Positions 54,405-63,796 of a stretch of 64,000 bases of DNA are shown here, in pieces (the stretch's first letter is position 1; every line of letters starts with the position of its first letter). The position numbers and the translations under genes were made by a program. Below the pieces are notes generated by a model. The model searched no databases, was not told where the DNA came from, and worked only from the letters and a program-made list of their open reading frames with translations. The DNA is from a virus, in the IMG/VR virus record IMGVR_UViG_3300025451_000012, positions 9,671-73,670 of that record; one strand, written 5' to 3'.

Positions 54405-54852
54405 GTTGATCCTTTGTTAGTTCGCACAGAAACATAAAATGTTCGTATGCTTTTCGTACACTTGGTACTGAGAGTAATTTCTCTGCTTCTATTTGCATTG
54501 CTGCAACTGCGGCATCAGCAGCATCTTGTGCTGCTGGCCAAGTTAGATTGTATACATCATTGCCAAATTCTTCTGACAATTTTTTCCAAGCATTGCGCTG
54601 TCCTTCAGTAATAGGAGTGCTAGTAGGTCGTAGTGCTAATGCACTGCGAATTGAATCAGTAACTGCATCCTTACCATATCTACCTGCAGCAATCATTGGA
54701 GCAAATGCTGGATTAATTTTCTGACGACTTGATCCATTCTTATGCACTGATAGTAGATGATCACCGTAACCTATGCTTGATGAAAAGTTGTCATCATACT
54801 CAGAGATAGGAATATACTTCCTACCTTCCTTGACATAGAAAATTGTTTTCAC
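54388..54852 (-). CDS. hypothetical protein
   Basis: ORF track. Confidence 0.5.
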   Translation of the reverse strand: MKTIFYVKEGRKYIPISEYDDNFSSSIGYGDHLLSVHKNGSSRQKINPAFAPMIAAGRYGKDAVTDSIRSALALRPTSTPITEGQRNAWKKLSEEFGNDVYNLTWPAAQDAADAAVAAMQIEAEKLLSVPSVRKAYEHFMFLCELTKDQHESNS

Positions 54853-55067
54853 AGTTGAAACTTCTTAAGGTATGATTGTGCCAAAGAAGTATTCTCTACA
54901 CTGTAGTCAGGTACTTCAGGCTCAATATCATTATCTTCAAAGCCATACAATGAAGCATATTGTTCAATCATTGCATCAATCAATGTACCAAACTGTTCTT
55001 GATCAAGGATAGAGGCAATCTCACCTAGATTAATTCTAATATTTTTGTTCATGTTATTTACTTTCAA
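54849..55067 (-). CDS. hypothetical acidic protein
   Basis: ORF track. Confidence 0.45.
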   Translation of the reverse strand: MKVNNMNKNIRINLGEIASILDQEQFGTLIDAMIEQYASLYGFEDNDIEPEVPDYSVENTSLAQSYLKKFQL

Positions 55068-56061
55068 TTAAAGGACCGTTGTAAGTACTGTTGAGCCATT
55101 TTGAGTATGTTTCCGCTTGATCTGCAATCTTGGGTAAATCATACTTGCCCGCGAACTTCATTAAATGGATGCCAACTTGTGTTGTATTTCGGGGTTGCAA
55201 AGATTCCTTGATAGTTTTATCAAACGCATCTTTCAAATCTTGGGGCTGTGCTGTCAAATCGATAAGTGTGCGATTGCGTTCATATGCATCTTTGACACGA
55301 ACCTCATTGCCCTCATGATCGGACCAGCGTTGCAACATCAGATTGTTCCACGAAAATCCCATTTTGTGACGGTCTTCAAATGCCTCTTTGATACCAACTT
55401 TGTTTTTACTACCAACTTCACGCACTCCCGGAAAAGCACTGAAAATATTATCGCTTGAATCTCCCCTAATGCACTTGCGAAAAAGTAGATACTCAGGATC
55501 CTCAAGCAACTTGGGATTTTTTTCTTTGTCTAATACGGGCTTGCCCGACTCTTTAAAATATCCGGCCAGTGTTGCAAGCTCGCCGAGCACCCCATTATAT
55601 TGTTTAACTTTATCGGTGATCAACTGGTTGTAATCTGTATCGGTGCTGATGATAAAATGTTCGTCTTCGGGATGCAGTGCGAGGAATCGGGCAATCATAT
55701 CGTCAGCTTCTGCCTGAGGATGCCTGAGGACACTTACATTAGTACGGTCTTTGAGATACGTAGTGAATTTTTCATACGTGTCCCAAAAAAGTTTGCTTTC
55801 CTCAGCCTCAGCCTCAGTAACTGATTGTGCATCAACAATGCGATTCTTTTTATACGGAGCATACATGTCCTTGCGAAACGACCTGCCCTCTAAACAGAAT
55901 ACGACATGATCAATTCCATATTTGCGAACAGCTTGATTGACTGATGCGAATGTAATGTGCAAGGCTTGTGCAACTTTTTCTTCTGCGTCAGTGCCGCGCG
56001 CGGCCACGTGACGGGCACGAAAAAAAGTGTTGGCAGTATCGATGAGGGCATATGTAGTCAT
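55054..56061 (-). CDS. rnh: RNase H / 5'-3' exonuclease (flap endonuclease, T4 rnh-like)
   Basis: FEN/pol I 5'-nuclease pattern: YALIDTANTFFRARH, VFCLEGRSFRKDMYAPYKKNR, EADDMIARFLA, IISTDTDYNQL. Confidence 0.8.
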   Translation of the reverse strand: MTTYALIDTANTFFRARHVAARGTDAEEKVAQALHITFASVNQAVRKYGIDHVVFCLEGRSFRKDMYAPYKKNRIVDAQSVTEAEAEESKLFWDTYEKFTTYLKDRTNVSVLRHPQAEADDMIARFLALHPEDEHFIISTDTDYNQLITDKVKQYNGVLGELATLAGYFKESGKPVLDKEKNPKLLEDPEYLLFRKCIRGDSSDNIFSAFPGVREVGSKNKVGIKEAFEDRHKMGFSWNNLMLQRWSDHEGNEVRVKDAYERNRTLIDLTAQPQDLKDAFDKTIKESLQPRNTTQVGIHLMKFAGKYDLPKIADQAETYSKWLNSTYNGPLIESK

Positions 56062-56067
56062 GTGTCT

Positions 56068-56096
56068 ATTATAGTCGTATATTTAAAAAATGTCAA
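56068..56096 (-). promoter_or_regulatory. early promoter (- strand) upstream of rnh
   Basis: ATTATA-17-TGTCAA. Confidence 0.6.
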
Positions 56097-56097
56097 G

Positions 56098-56541
56098 TTA
56101 AATTTGTTCCAAATACTTGTCAGGATCATCGTTGATGCCCGAAAAGATATTAGTTGGGCTGAATGGGAGAAATTCTTTTTTCACTCTATAAATTTCAGGG
56201 TAGCTAACTTTAGCTCTTGTCTCTACAATATCTACTATACGTTCTCCGTCAATTTTAGATTCATCATGGAACCATTCTAATCTTTTCTCAAACAAGACCA
56301 ATAGTTGATCGCCGTACTCATTTTTGAGATAGTCTTCAAGTGCAGAAATTTCACTTGCCCTGCCGTAATAAAGATAATCAAATGTTTGAGTTTTGTTAAT
56401 ACTAGGGAGTATGTAATTTTTTACCAAATAGTTTTTGATGTTAGCATTTTTGATGTGCTTACCGAACCCCCATAAATCTGACTGATGATGATGCAATACA
56501 TACAACCAGCCGCACTTGTTAGGAAGAACTATATTAGGCAT
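56098..56541 (-). CDS. T5orf172/GIY-YIG-like domain protein
   Basis: N-terminal GWLYVLHHHQSDLWGFGKH resembles T5orf172 GYVYVL..KIG motif; tentative. Confidence 0.4.
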   Translation of the reverse strand: MPNIVLPNKCGWLYVLHHHQSDLWGFGKHIKNANIKNYLVKNYILPSINKTQTFDYLYYGRASEISALEDYLKNEYGDQLLVLFEKRLEWFHDESKIDGERIVDIVETRAKVSYPEIYRVKKEFLPFSPTNIFSGINDDPDKYLEQI

Positions 56542-57727
56542 TTTTTACTGCGTCAATAACATCAACTGCGTCCAAATAATTGTAAAGGTCATACCCATTG
56601 TAGTTAAAATCATTCGCATCGTTGGTCAGTGGATGAGATCCATGCAAGTTTTGATAAATTTTCAAAACAATAGCCAAAGCACAATTAGTTGAATTAAGTT
56701 TGTGATTTTTGATGTTAGGATATGCGTCAGTATGCCATGCAACGTGTGCTGCTTCTGTTTCTTTACGCAAGGTAGACAAATCAGTGAAACACTTTTTAAT
56801 GATAGCGTGAAAGTTATCCAAAAACTCACTCCATTGAGGACCGGTCATTGGGATATGTTTGGCTTTCATATTATCATACAAGTGACCATACAAGCCGTAC
56901 GCAGCACTATCAAATTTTGTGCCATGCCAGTATTTTTTGTGCGTACCCATAATAAAGTCAAGTGTCTTTAATTTCCAATTGTATATCGGGTCAACCCGAT
57001 CCAATGTACCTGCTTTGCCGCGTTGCGAATGATTTGCTTGGACAGGGATTGCTTCGTGCTTTTCGCAAATAGCTTGACGCTTTTCAGCATCCACATAAGT
57101 TTTATCTGTGGAATTATGTTGACGAACACCTACAACTTTGATTCGGTGAAAATCAAAGCCGGTCCATTTCTTTTGACCTTTACCATTTCGGTGATAGGCA
57201 GCTTCGTTGGCAAATGCTGTATCTGTGTTGTTAACAATAAAGAACGGGAATTCAAAGTCTTCCCATTTGGTCGGGTCTACCCCGTCCCACAAGCCATGCT
57301 TTGCAAATAATCCAACTACGTTAATGCCGTGTTGAGTATCAAATGAGGGATTAGTTTTACCGTCTGCGCTGACAGTAGCAAATACAGGGCTCAGTAACTC
57401 TTCCTGACAACCATTCATAATATCAGCTACGTGCTTTGCAATTACGAGTCGTTGGGTTTCTTCCAAGAAAGTTGCTCGTCCAATCTTTTGATTTTTGAAT
57501 ACGCCGATTTTGGCTGGATTAAACGTTTTGCCACGCTTTTTCAAATCTGCTAATACGTTAGCAACGAGAGGATTCTTTTCAAGCTCCGCTACTGATTGTG
57601 CTAATGTTTTAGGCTTTGCTGACTTCAACCGTTTACTATCAAGTGGATTTTTGATTTTTGAGATATCAACTAGCTGACCTTTTGGTACATCGGTCCAGGG
57701 AAATATGAATGCTATTTTAGTTGCCAT
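56534..57727 (-). CDS. conserved hypothetical protein (397 aa), possible nucleic-acid-modifying enzyme
   Basis: ORF track; own early promoter. Confidence 0.55.
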   Translation of the reverse strand: MATKIAFIFPWTDVPKGQLVDISKIKNPLDSKRLKSAKPKTLAQSVAELEKNPLVANVLADLKKRGKTFNPAKIGVFKNQKIGRATFLEETQRLVIAKHVADIMNGCQEELLSPVFATVSADGKTNPSFDTQHGINVVGLFAKHGLWDGVDPTKWEDFEFPFFIVNNTDTAFANEAAYHRNGKGQKKWTGFDFHRIKVVGVRQHNSTDKTYVDAEKRQAICEKHEAIPVQANHSQRGKAGTLDRVDPIYNWKLKTLDFIMGTHKKYWHGTKFDSAAYGLYGHLYDNMKAKHIPMTGPQWSEFLDNFHAIIKKCFTDLSTLRKETEAAHVAWHTDAYPNIKNHKLNSTNCALAIVLKIYQNLHGSHPLTNDANDFNYNGYDLYNYLDAVDVIDAVKNA

Positions 57728-57759
57728 TTTATGAATCCAGTTGCTTGTAAGAAGTCTCT

Positions 57760-57788
57760 ATTATAGCACCAAATTCATTAAATGTCAA
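57760..57788 (-). promoter_or_regulatory. early promoter (- strand)
   Basis: ATTATA-17-TGTCAA. Confidence 0.6.
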
Positions 57789-57795
57789 CCTTTTA

Positions 57796-58284
57796 TCAAC
57801 TTACTTCGGTTCTACCGTCGCCTAAGTCTTTAGTATTCATTTTTCGCAAGTCTCGGGCGTCTCGGTTCTCCGGATCCGCTTGGGCCTGCTCATAGACTTC
57901 TAAAGCTACGTTGCGGCATACGCTCTGAAACCATCGGTCAATGATGTCCGATTCTTTGTCGTTCTCTTTCATCTGGTAACCAACACGACTGAGATTCAAA
58001 ATGAACTTCTCATTCCAGTCTAGTTCGAAGGAACCTGCATTGATATTGTCTGGATCGACTTCCATGCTGAGAATATTGACATAGGGTTCACCTGCTAATG
58101 TAGCTTTTTCTTTAGCAGTAAGTTCCTTCTCAACCTTTTCAACCTTCTTTTCTTTGGGCTTGCGAGGTTTCTTCACCTTTACGGGCGCAGGCTCTGCAAC
58201 AGCAACGACAATGGGTTCGACTACTGGATCAGGCTTTTTAGAGAATAGGGTTTTTAGTTTGTTTAGCATTATTGTATGTATCAT
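57796..58284 (-). CDS. hypothetical protein with Pro/Val/Lys-rich basic N-terminal region
   Basis: ORF track. Confidence 0.5.
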   Translation of the reverse strand: MIHTIMLNKLKTLFSKKPDPVVEPIVVAVAEPAPVKVKKPRKPKEKKVEKVEKELTAKEKATLAGEPYVNILSMEVDPDNINAGSFELDWNEKFILNLSRVGYQMKENDKESDIIDRWFQSVCRNVALEVYEQAQADPENRDARDLRKMNTKDLGDGRTEVS

Positions 58285-59272
58285 AAAGTTTGAAGCTGGC
58301 TAAGTTTTTAGCTTTGCTTTCGCACATCATGTCAAAATTTTCATAGAAAGTCAGTGCCCAATCGTTCACTGCGTCATTCCAGTAATAGTCACTGTGTGCC
58401 CGTAGTTTTTGTTTATTGTGTCCTGCTGCAATCAGCGCGCCATGATCGGGTAGTTGTGCAACGGAATGACCTGTGAGTACATCTTCGCGGCTAACACTGT
58501 AATGGCAAGTAGGGCGAACGCCACGCCAAGAATCAATAACCCGTTGTACAATCGCATCATTAGGTTGAACGTATTCTCCCTCACGAATCCAATTATGGTG
58601 AATGTCCATGACCGTAGGGACGAGGTCAGATAACGATAAGCAGTCAAGTAGTCCATGTGTGTATTCTTCATTCTCTAGTGTAAGTGTGTTGCGGGCTTCG
58701 GGTGACAAACGATTGTATACATCACGAATGCCCTGCGGACCTTTACGACCACTGATGTGTACATTAACTTTGAAGTCTTGAAATGTCTTGCCATAGCCCA
58801 TCCAACGAACCATGTCAGTATGATATTCAAATTCTCTGATACTGTTATTTACTACTTCTTCACGGTCGCTTGCTAAAACTACAAACTGGTCAGGGTGAAA
58901 CGAAAGACGAACATCATTGGCTCGTGCAGTCTCACCGATGGGCGCAAACCAATGTGCTAGCTTGTTTTGAATGTCAGTGTCTTGCCAGAAACCTTGCCAG
59001 TCGGGATGTGTGTAGAATGAAAGCATGTCACTAGTAAGACGAACCATGCGTAGTTCGGGTCGCAGTGAGGCGACACGCTTGACCAGATTGTGAGTATGCA
59101 GGATGTTGCGTTTTGCAACTTCAATGATTTTTTCTTCTGCTACTGACTTACTTTGACGCTTTGCCCAGGCAAGAGTTGTGCCACCTGTGTTTAGTTCGGG
59201 TATACTAGATACCTCACCCTTGCTATTGATTTCAGAAAATTTGCAGGCAAAGCCGATACGTTTAATAGTCAT
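58238..59272 (-). CDS. uvdE: UV damage endonuclease (UvdE/UVDE family, TIM-barrel)
   Basis: RIGFACKF, LENEEYT, RAHSDYY segments parallel Bacillus UvsE (RLGYVCI, LENDDKT, RSHADYV). Confidence 0.75.
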   Translation of the reverse strand: MTIKRIGFACKFSEINSKGEVSSIPELNTGGTTLAWAKRQSKSVAEEKIIEVAKRNILHTHNLVKRVASLRPELRMVRLTSDMLSFYTHPDWQGFWQDTDIQNKLAHWFAPIGETARANDVRLSFHPDQFVVLASDREEVVNNSIREFEYHTDMVRWMGYGKTFQDFKVNVHISGRKGPQGIRDVYNRLSPEARNTLTLENEEYTHGLLDCLSLSDLVPTVMDIHHNWIREGEYVQPNDAIVQRVIDSWRGVRPTCHYSVSREDVLTGHSVAQLPDHGALIAAGHNKQKLRAHSDYYWNDAVNDWALTFYENFDMMCESKAKNLASFKLYDTYNNAKQTKNPIL

Positions 59273-59301
59273 AAGTCATCCATAAATATTGAGTAGAACG
59301 T

Positions 59302-59330
59302 ATCATAACACAAAGATGTTTAATTGTCAA
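59302..59330 (-). promoter_or_regulatory. early promoter (TTGACA-17-TATGAT, - strand) inside 3' end of epimerase gene, upstream of uvdE
   Basis: sequence. Confidence 0.5.
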
Positions 59331-60150
59331 CCTTTAACAATTCGTCCATAGTATAGAGGTTCCTCATGTAAGGTGACACGTCTTCTAATACCGAACTAGC
59401 AATGTCGCCCTTTCTTCTAGGACCATATTTCACATCAAAGTCAACATCATTGACGATCTGGAACTTGTCTACAATTTCTTGCACAGTGTATCCCACACCA
59501 TGCCCTAATGATTCAACACTGTTGCTAGGCTTCTCAATTGCTGTACGTAATGCATCACAGATTTCATTCACGTGAACATAGTCACGCACACACGTACCGT
59601 CACTGCTGATATCATAGTCTTTACCAAAGATAGTAAATTCACCTGTCTCTTTAGCTCTCAATAGATTGTACATCAGTCCGTCTGGATTTGTCGGGGCAAA
59701 GCCATCACTACCGATCACATTGTAGAATCTAAAGATAGTGTATGGAGTAACCTTGTGCTGAGTACAATATTCACGAACCACATCTTCTGCTGCTCTTTTG
59801 CTGATTCCATATGCTGACTCACAACTGACTGCGGCGCCGGTACTAGCAAATATAAAGTTCTTTGTCTTTATTTTACTTAGTACATTCATTGTGCCGTTCA
59901 AGTTAGTGATATAGTAACTCAGTGGTTTCAATTCACTCTCGCCTACGTTCACTAATGCAGCTAAATGAATGACTGCATCGTATTCGTAGTGAAGTTCAAA
60001 CAACCTACGAATGTCAATAATATGCTGCTTGTCAACATCAATTTTGTTAGGCACTAAATCTAGCCCGTGAATCTCGTATTCACCCTTCAACATCTTAGTA
60101 AGATGCGAACCGATGTAACCTGAGTTACCTGTAATCAAAATCTTTTTCAT
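59320..60150 (-). CDS. NAD-dependent nucleotide-sugar epimerase/dehydratase (extended SDR)
   Basis: Rossmann motif ITGNSGYIGSHL; catalytic YGISK (YxxxK). Confidence 0.75.
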   Translation of the reverse strand: MKKILITGNSGYIGSHLTKMLKGEYEIHGLDLVPNKIDVDKQHIIDIRRLFELHYEYDAVIHLAALVNVGESELKPLSYYITNLNGTMNVLSKIKTKNFIFASTGAAVSCESAYGISKRAAEDVVREYCTQHKVTPYTIFRFYNVIGSDGFAPTNPDGLMYNLLRAKETGEFTIFGKDYDISSDGTCVRDYVHVNEICDALRTAIEKPSNSVESLGHGVGYTVQEIVDKFQIVNDVDFDVKYGPRRKGDIASSVLEDVSPYMRNLYTMDELLKVDN

Positions 60151-61508
60151 GCGAATTCAAACAGACTTGCGCCTGTTACTTCCTCTACTGGTTTAAATGT
60201 TGGGTCTTTGCTTAAGTATGTGTCATTGTCAGTGTACCAAACATTGATAAACTTGTACTTGTTTGACAACACACTTTCAAAGTCTTCTCGTGCCAAATGC
60301 TTGCGATTCAACTGAGAAATGTAATCACGATACTTGATTGTCTCGTAAGTGTTAATCTTTGCGGCTGATGTATTACTACGCTTACCAACAAAGTTATCTA
60401 GAAAACTTACCCAACCATGTGCAACTTGGTCGTCTAGTTCACGTACATAGTCCAGTGCCTCCGTACTTTGTATTGATCCGTACACTGCGTTAATTGTCTC
60501 TGCTACATTCTTGACATTTACTTTATGAAAATATTTTTCATCAAAATTATCTGACCAATCTTGATTGTCTAATACTACGCATGGCATGTGACCAAGACAT
60601 TCCAAGAAAGCAAAAGGATAGTTCTCACGCAGACTTGGCATAAAGAACACACTAGAACTTGTGATAAAGTCTACTTTTTCTTGACCAGTGATGCCCGCTT
60701 TGATTTCATAATCAATAATACCTGCATCAGCAAACGCTTTCTCAAACTTCTTTGCACCATTGCTGTTAGTCATTACTTTGCAAGGAAGTTGTGCTTCTTT
60801 CATTGCACGAATATATGCATCTGGGTTCTTGCCTTCTTCCCAACGACCAATGAATAACACCCCACTTCGCTTAGTAACATTGTGTTCTAATAGACCACGC
60901 TCACTCATAGGCATGCGTAGAAGTGCGGTATTTGTCGCGCCGTACTTTGTTAACTCATCTATATTCTTTTGACTTTGTGTTCCGATGACGATATCAGTAA
61001 ACTCCATATGCTTGTTATAGAAATTATGATAGCTATCTAAGAACACATCGCTACCCTGACTATCACGAAAAATCATTGAATGTAAGTGGGTGTAGAATAT
61101 CACAGGGATATACTTGTTAATAGTCATAGCATAGGCAGCAGTCATTGCTTCCTGCGTATTACACACCACCATGTCATATACGTTTTCTTCAAATGCTTCT
61201 AGTAATGCTTTGCGAAAGTTGATAATCTTTTCAAAGTTGATGGTATCACTAAACGCAAAGGTAGCAGTGTGGTCACTGTACTTTAGTGGTTCAAGTGGCC
61301 ATACTAGATTTGCGCCTGCATTTTTAATAACTGTGTCAAAGGTACCAGTAGGCGCTTTGTCTAAGATAATGTCAACTTTCCAATTCAATCGGCCACACAT
61401 TTCTGTAAAACTCTTACAGAAGGAACCAATTCCACCGTGGGGGATAAAGTGTTGGTCACTTATTAAGAATGCAATTCGTTTGCTGTATAATTTCATTATT
61501 TTACCCAT
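60147..61508 (-). CDS. GT-B fold glycosyltransferase (GT4-like)
   Basis: C-terminal E-x7-E motif ENYPFAFLE; N-terminal HGGIGSF sugar-acceptor domain pattern. Confidence 0.6.
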   Translation of the reverse strand: MGKIMKLYSKRIAFLISDQHFIPHGGIGSFCKSFTEMCGRLNWKVDIILDKAPTGTFDTVIKNAGANLVWPLEPLKYSDHTATFAFSDTINFEKIINFRKALLEAFEENVYDMVVCNTQEAMTAAYAMTINKYIPVIFYTHLHSMIFRDSQGSDVFLDSYHNFYNKHMEFTDIVIGTQSQKNIDELTKYGATNTALLRMPMSERGLLEHNVTKRSGVLFIGRWEEGKNPDAYIRAMKEAQLPCKVMTNSNGAKKFEKAFADAGIIDYEIKAGITGQEKVDFITSSSVFFMPSLRENYPFAFLECLGHMPCVVLDNQDWSDNFDEKYFHKVNVKNVAETINAVYGSIQSTEALDYVRELDDQVAHGWVSFLDNFVGKRSNTSAAKINTYETIKYRDYISQLNRKHLAREDFESVLSNKYKFINVWYTDNDTYLSKDPTFKPVEEVTGASLFEFA

Positions 61509-61756
61509 TTCTTGTAATAGTCAATAAACTTTACTCGGTCTTCTATATCCGATATATGTTCTTCTACGTGCGTAGTGAACCGTGCTATGCACTTGTCAAC
61601 TGATAATATTTCTAAGAGGCTTATATCAAATTCAGGAAGTTTAACCGCATCAATCACAATAGTAATACCATGAATAGTGCCTCTACCAGTTAGAGGTACT
61701 TTTAATACTGCACCCATGTCATTGTCTATAATTCTAGTTGCAATCATGTGCCCCAC
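61496..61756 (-). CDS. hypothetical protein
   Basis: ORF track. Confidence 0.4.
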   Translation of the reverse strand: MGHMIATRIIDNDMGAVLKVPLTGRGTIHGITIVIDAVKLPEFDISLLEILSVDKCIARFTTHVEEHISDIEDRVKFIDYYKKWVK

Positions 61757-62592
61757 TCGTTCTTAAACAATGGCACCTGTAGTCTATCACTATAACGCCA
61801 GCCACGATTCATTGCTGCGATTGCAACATTCTTAGCATTTAGATTGTATAGTGATTCTACCCCACCGCATGGCATCAAGTAAATATGACCCTTGAATCCT
61901 TTACGCTTGTATGCTAACACTGTATCCTCAGCTTCTTTCACATCGGATTCAGTTGCTACTACAAACTTGAGATACACCGAGCCATAGTTTTGATATTGAT
62001 TGATCACATCGGGAATGATAGCATCTTCTGTTTTCTCACCGCTGATAGACAACTTTGGACTGACACTAAATGTGACCGAATGTTTCATTCTCATCTTTTG
62101 CCAGTCATGCAAGTACTGTCCAAACTCAGGTGTAATCATCTGAGTACCGTTTGTTTCAAATGTTAGTTCTTGCAAACCCTTCATTCTCTCATGCGAAAGT
62201 AATTCAGGATACGCTCTTTGCCAACCAAGAAGCGGTTCGCCACCCGTGATAACCAAGTGTTCATCGAGCCAACGATGTCCAGGCAGTAAATCACAAATGC
62301 TGTTAGCAATAGTATCGGAATCGAGCACAGGACTAAGATGTTTGAAACGAGGGTCCCAAGATGCATAAGAATCACAACCCGTGCTGACAAGTGGTAAGGA
62401 TTTATAATCCGTGTAATCTTCTGCCTTAACCGCAATAATATCTCTTTCATTACTCATTTCTCCCTTGGCCATACCAAAGCCACCGCATGTAAAATTGCAT
62501 CCGTATGTTCTAAGAAACACGGAGGGAACACCCATGTACTTCCCTTCACCCTGAATGCTATAGAACAACTCACTAATTTTTAATTTACTCAT
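61744..62592 (-). CDS. queE: 7-carboxy-7-deazaguanine synthase-like radical SAM protein (QueE family) with atypical Cys spacing
   Basis: N-terminus ELFYSIQGEGKYMGVPSVFLRTYGCN mirrors QueE (FQTLQGEGYFTGVPAIFIRLQGC); Cys cluster CNFTC...(~30 aa)...C. Confidence 0.7.
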   Translation of the reverse strand: MSKLKISELFYSIQGEGKYMGVPSVFLRTYGCNFTCGGFGMAKGEMSNERDIIAVKAEDYTDYKSLPLVSTGCDSYASWDPRFKHLSPVLDSDTIANSICDLLPGHRWLDEHLVITGGEPLLGWQRAYPELLSHERMKGLQELTFETNGTQMITPEFGQYLHDWQKMRMKHSVTFSVSPKLSISGEKTEDAIIPDVINQYQNYGSVYLKFVVATESDVKEAEDTVLAYKRKGFKGHIYLMPCGGVESLYNLNAKNVAIAAMNRGWRYSDRLQVPLFKNEWGT

Positions 62593-63071
62593 TATTGAAA
62601 CTCGTTATCTTCTCTACGACCTTGACGACCTGCCATGTTGTTATCTGTCTCACGCACTTCAACCCGTGTACACCAAACTCGTTCAGCTTCTGCACTGCCA
62701 CAGCTTGGCAAGAAAATTGTATTAACATATTCATACAAGAAGTCAGCAATGCCTTCGCATCCTGTCTTTTCTACTTCTGTAATCTTCGCTAGTTTCAGTT
62801 TACCCAAGTTAAGTAATTCTTCACGCATTGGGTCATCTTGTGCAACTAATAATGTGTGATCAAACCAATCTTCTAGCAATGCTTTGAGTGGCTTTAGTCC
62901 ACCAAAGTCAGTTACCCAGTTTCGTGCGTCTAGGGTGTCTGCTTCAAATTCAAAATGAAACGACATTGCATAACCGTGAATTAGATTGCAATGACTATCT
63001 GCACGCCATTGACGATAAGCAACTGGTCCAATCTGCTTGTATGTTTTTGTACTGAAATATTTCTTTGACAT
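62592..63071 (-). CDS. queD: 6-carboxy-5,6,7,8-tetrahydropterin synthase (QueD / PTPS family)
   Basis: HCNLIHGYAMSFHFEF (CxxxHGH-type zinc motif, HGY variant) and DFGGLKPL...DHTLL parallel E. coli QueD. Confidence 0.7.
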   Translation of the reverse strand: MSKKYFSTKTYKQIGPVAYRQWRADSHCNLIHGYAMSFHFEFEADTLDARNWVTDFGGLKPLKALLEDWFDHTLLVAQDDPMREELLNLGKLKLAKITEVEKTGCEGIADFLYEYVNTIFLPSCGSAEAERVWCTRVEVRETDNNMAGRQGRREDNEFQ

Positions 63072-63147
63072 TATTTTTCCTATGTTATATTATATCATAG
63101 GCAGCAGAATTTGTAAAGCGGGATGATGCCCTAAAAGGCCGCTACTC

Positions 63148-63606
63148 TTATTTACCTTTTTGTGCTTCCACTACTCTTTTTCTCAAGCTACTAGAGCTAA
63201 AAGAGTGGTCACGTCCATTGAACACTAATTCAATGTTTCTTTGGGCACAGATATCTTTGCCCGTAAATTCTTTGTCTCTGTACTCTACACCCAAAATGCG
63301 AACATCAATAGGTAGTGTGAGTAAGATATCTTCAAGGTCCTTCTCGGTGTTGTAGACTACGATTTCATCTACAAACCTTACAGCACTTAAACTAATCTGT
63401 CTTTCAACGATACTTTGAATAGGTTCGTTCTTTTCAGGACGATCCCATTGAGCATTGTTTTGCAGTGCAGCAATAAGATAATCACAATGGTTCTTAGCTT
63501 GACTAAGCATTGCAATGTGACCGGCGTGAAGTAGGTCAAATTGGGAAAAAGTTATCCCAATCTTTAATCCTTTATCTTTTAGTTCTTTGATCTTATTGAA
63601 TATCAT
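63148..63606 (-). CDS. cytidylyltransferase-like nucleotidyltransferase (TagD / RfaE-domain-II-like)
   Basis: HxGH motif FDLLHAGH and downstream RFVDEIVVY resemble glycerol-3-phosphate cytidylyltransferase. Confidence 0.55.
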   Translation of the reverse strand: MIFNKIKELKDKGLKIGITFSQFDLLHAGHIAMLSQAKNHCDYLIAALQNNAQWDRPEKNEPIQSIVERQISLSAVRFVDEIVVYNTEKDLEDILLTLPIDVRILGVEYRDKEFTGKDICAQRNIELVFNGRDHSFSSSSLRKRVVEAQKGK

Positions 63607-63796
63607 TTTTAGCCTTGTTTATCGCATCTTTCATTCTAACTTCGTGTTCTCTTTCAGAGATACTAAGTTGATGTAATCTATCTGCACAACTACGAATGTC
63701 TTCACTCAATTGACCGGTGCCTACTTCTGTCTCTACAGTACAGGCAACTTCATGTAATGCTATTACTGCATCAACTAATTCAAGATTTCTCATCAT
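63593..63796 (-). CDS. hypothetical protein
   Basis: ORF track. Confidence 0.4.
   Translation of the reverse strand: MMRNLELVDAVIALHEVACTVETEVGTGQLSEDIRSCADRLHQLSISEREHEVRMKDAINKAKNDIQ

Noticed and set aside
56534-57727. Assigning the 397-aa protein as a thymidine-hypermodification (aGPT-Pplase-like) enzyme
   Set aside because: The idea came only from the neighbouring DNA-metabolism genes (rnh, uvdE, the Que cluster). I could not recognise any diagnostic motif, so it is left as a conserved hypothetical.
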